Source: Bacillota bacterium
GTDB lineage: Bacteria; Bacillota; Clostridia; Acetivibrionales; DSM-1351
DNA length: 64,000 nt
Reading direction: 5' to 3'
Assembly (NCBI GenBank): GCA_023415305.1
Contig: JAEZKZ010000039.1
Coordinates: 103-64,102, forward strand
Below, piece by piece: positions 61,308-64,000 of this stretch (positions within the stretch are counted from its first letter, which is position 1; each line of letters starts with the position of its first letter). The notes under the pieces are model-generated. The model was not told the DNA's origin. It saw only the letters and a list, made by a program, of their open reading frames with translations, and made no database searches. Both the position numbers and the translations under genes were made by a program.

Positions 61308-61784
61308 TCAACAGTACTCCTTTACAAGAAGTGCTCTAATATAACCTCTGTCGGTAGAGGTTGACTCGATGTAAAAGCCCCGGCCATAATAAAATCTGAT
61401 TAAATCACGATACTTTGATGCAGTATGTAGATAAACCTTTTTAATCCCTTGTGATTTAATAATTTTATCTGCCAGATTCATAAGAGATTTTCCGATACCA
61501 ATGTTATGGTAATCGAGCATTACTCCAAACCTGCTTATGTAAGCCGTATTGTCAGGTAAAAGCTTTATCCTTATGGTGCCAACAGGATTACCGTCAATTA
61601 AAGCAATATAAACCTCTTTTTCAAGAATGTCAGCCTCTATATTTTCAAGTCCTTCGGTCAAAGCGTCCATAGTACCGGATAAACCTGTATCCAGCATATA
61701 TTTTTTAAAAGCTTCCTGCATAATTGCTGCAATAGAAGGTGCATCCTCGAGGGTGGCTTTCCTTATAATAAATGAATAATTCAT
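61308..61784 (-). CDS. GNAT family N-acetyltransferase
   Basis: IRKATLED, V...YHNIGIG and FYYGRGF motifs. Confidence 0.88.
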   Translation of the reverse strand: MNYSFIIRKATLEDAPSIAAIMQEAFKKYMLDTGLSGTMDALTEGLENIEADILEKEVYIALIDGNPVGTIRIKLLPDNTAYISRFGVMLDYHNIGIGKSLMNLADKIIKSQGIKKVYLHTASKYRDLIRFYYGRGFYIESTSTDRGYIRALLVKEYC

Positions 61785-61831
61785 GTACTACTCCTTCCAG
61801 ATACTGCCTGAGCTCAACTATTTAAGCGTTT

Positions 61832-62752
61832 TTACTTAGTAAGAAGAGTTGCAAGTACAGCTTTCTGGGCATGTAATCTGTTTTCAGCTTCATCAAAAAT
61901 TACCGATTGGGATCTGTCAATTATTTCTTCAGTAACCTCGTAACCCCTGTATGCAGGCAGGCAATGAAGAAAAATAGCGTCCTCCTGTGCTTTTGCGAAA
62001 AGTTCTGAATTGATTTGATAGGGCATAAAAATCTTGAGTTTTTCTTCTTTCTGATCCTCCTGTCCCATGCTAATCCATGTATCGGCATAAACAACATCGG
62101 CATTGGCTATTGCTTCTACAGGATCCTGAGTCATTATAACTTTTGAACCGTTCGCTTTGGCAGCCTCTTTAGCCTCTTCTACATATATATCTGAACATTC
62201 ATAACCCTTAGGAGAAGCAATAGCTATATCCATTCCGGTTTTGGCACAGCCGTGAAGAAGTGAATGAGCCACATTGTTTCCGTCTCCGATATAGGCAAGC
62301 TTCAGGCCTTCGAGTTTACCCTTGTGCTCATATACAGTCAACAGGTCAGCCAATATCTGACAAGGATGCATTTCGTCAGTTAAGCCGTTAATGACCGGTA
62401 TAGTCCCGTGTCTTGCAAGATCTTCAACATCGCTCTGTTTAAAGGTTCTAATCATTATTCCATCAATATATCTTGAGAGTACATTTGCAGTATCATATAT
62501 GGTTTCTCCTCTTCCGAGCTGTATATCATTTGAACTCAAAAACAGAGGATAGCCACCCAGTTGATACATTCCAACTTCAAAGGAAACTCTTGTTCTGGTA
62601 GAGGATTTTGAAAAAATCATACCCAGAGTTTTACCCTTTAGGAGATGATGCTTAACACCTTCCTTGGTCTGTCTTTTGAGCTTCCCAGCCAGCTTTAGCA
62701 GATCATGAATTTCATTGGTACTCAAATCGTTCAAGCTTAATAAATGATCCAT
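61832..62752 (-). CDS. argF: Ornithine carbamoyltransferase
   Basis: SSTRTR, HPCQ, SMG and HCLP motifs. Confidence 0.96.
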   Translation of the reverse strand: MDHLLSLNDLSTNEIHDLLKLAGKLKRQTKEGVKHHLLKGKTLGMIFSKSSTRTRVSFEVGMYQLGGYPLFLSSNDIQLGRGETIYDTANVLSRYIDGIMIRTFKQSDVEDLARHGTIPVINGLTDEMHPCQILADLLTVYEHKGKLEGLKLAYIGDGNNVAHSLLHGCAKTGMDIAIASPKGYECSDIYVEEAKEAAKANGSKVIMTQDPVEAIANADVVYADTWISMGQEDQKEEKLKIFMPYQINSELFAKAQEDAIFLHCLPAYRGYEVTEEIIDRSQSVIFDEAENRLHAQKAVLATLLTK

Positions 62753-62820
62753 AATTAACCTCCGGATTTCTTAATATTTTTTGTCAATTAGCTGGAGGAT
62801 AATTTAGTACCTCCATAATG

Positions 62821-63141
62821 TAAAAAGATGCAATACAATATTAAAATTAATTTCAGCACTCCACGCATAACTTGCATTACCGGGTTGCACACAAAGCACA
62901 TACCATCTGATAAGTGCTTCCGCACTAAGCTTAGCTAAATGAATCGCCCACGAAGCTATTACTTAAATTGAACTATTCGCATCAATTTAAGTAATCCTTC
63001 TACCGGGCTTCTCATTTGGCTAACTTGTGCTCGCGCACTTGAAACATAAACAGATTCTTCTAATGTGAACTATGCTTCCAGGGTGACGCAAGTTATGCTC
63101 TCGTACCTGTAAGTATTACTTAATATAGTATTGGAATTTTA
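62821..63141. other. ~320-nt nested imperfect inverted repeat
   Basis: About ten successive complementary blocks around a perfect 14-bp apical stem (62958-62971/62982-62995). Confidence 0.8.
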
Positions 63142-63160
63142 TATGTTCTTCCGGTTCAAC

Positions 63161-64000
63161 CTACCCTCTGTATACCGAATATTCATCCAAAGAATATACT
63201 TCTGCCTTGTTTTCGGAGATAAGGCGTTCAAGAATACTTAACACTGCGTTTGTTGTATCCAGCGAAGTAATACATGGAATGTTGTATTCCATTGCTGTTC
63301 TTCTCAAAACAAAGCCCTTTCTCTCGGGAATTTTTCCCCTTGTGGGCGTGTTGATAACCAGAGTTATTTTATCTTCCTTGATGAAATCCAGAACACTTCC
63401 GTTATCAATATAATCAACCGGCAGTGCTGCATCACTCAATACCTTGTAAGTACCTGATGTTGCAGATAGTCTGAAGCCCAATGACAAAAGTTTATTTGCA
63501 ATCTCAACGCTCTCTTCCTTATCCCTGTCTGCAACTGAAAGGAGTACATTCCCTCCCGAAGGTATCTTCATACCGGAGGCGGCAATTGCTTTGTACATAG
63601 CATTGTAGTAATCCTTGTCAACGCCCATAACCTCACCGGTGGACTTCATTTCGGGTCCAAGGAAGGTATCAACTGTTGTGAGCTTTGCAAAAGAAAATAC
63701 TGGAGCCTTAACTGCATAAAAATCTGTTTCCTTTGCAAGACCATTCTTATAGCCCAGTTCTGACAGGGTTTTACCCATTATAAGCTTGGTAGCTACACTA
63801 ACCATGGGAATTCCGGTAATTTTACTCATTATCGGTACCGTTCTGCTGGCACGGGGATTTACTTCTATAACATAAACCTTTTCATCATTGTCCATTACAA
63901 ACTGGATATTAAACAGTCCTATAACCTTTAAAGCCTTTGAAAGACGTATAGTATAGTCTTCTATGGTATCCTTTACTTTTTGAGAAAGATTTTTTGGAGG
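63161..64000 (-). CDS. carB: Carbamoyl-phosphate synthase large subunit (3' part)
   Basis: IEVNPRASRTVP, LGPEMKSTGEVMG and MGS-like C-terminal domain; frame is open to the window edge. Confidence 0.96.
   Translation of the reverse strand, partial: PPKNLSQKVKDTIEDYTIRLSKALKVIGLFNIQFVMDNDEKVYVIEVNPRASRTVPIMSKITGIPMVSVATKLIMGKTLSELGYKNGLAKETDFYAVKAPVFSFAKLTTVDTFLGPEMKSTGEVMGVDKDYYNAMYKAIAASGMKIPSGGNVLLSVADRDKEESVEIANKLLSLGFRLSATSGTYKVLSDAALPVDYIDNGSVLDFIKEDKITLVINTPTRGKIPERKGFVLRRTAMEYNIPCITSLDTTNAVLSILERLISENKAEVYSLDEYSVYRG

Noticed and set aside
62753..63160. T-box leader for argF
   Set aside because: No GGTGGNACC T-box sequence or terminator/antiterminator pair on the argF strand.
1..64000. 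Numerous 60-170 aa ORFs antisense to or nested in recognised genes
   Set aside because: Shadow ORFs of well-supported genes, with no RBS or family motifs.

Overview
Low-GC chromosomal window from a spore-forming Clostridia bacterium (Ruminiclostridium-like, inferred from gene content and order). In order: a partial phosphoglucomutase/phosphomannomutase, spoIIE, tRNA-Arg(CCG) followed by a more GC-rich ~5.7 kb islet (AgrC-like kinase and LytTR regulator divergent from a lipoprotein-LemA-clostripain unit), dusB, two cell-wall hydrolases, spoVB, a CtsR-boxed Hsp20, nudC, a pyruvylated-polysaccharide cluster, nnrE/D-alr-ndoAI/ndoA, an SLH-tailed FAD oxidoreductase, a TagA/WecB glycosyltransferase, a polar amino-acid ABC transporter, yitT, a ~22 kb signalling region (three MCPs, a two-component pair, a GGDEF-EAL protein, a Spo0E-like protein, cheY-A-W-mcp-R-B-D, a hybrid kinase, a response regulator, cheX), a GNAT, argF and the 3' part of carB. 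No CRISPR array, integrase or transposase was seen. The most unusual signals are non-coding. A two-copy ~110-nt element sits in front of unrelated genes (nudC and an AraC-type response regulator); it has identical 36-nt and 19-nt blocks, a divergent but still self-complementary middle, and a stem pairing an anti-SD with the gene's SD. There are also several long imperfect intergenic fold-backs, the largest ~320 nt between carB and argF. All structures were paired by eye; no folding or database search was run.
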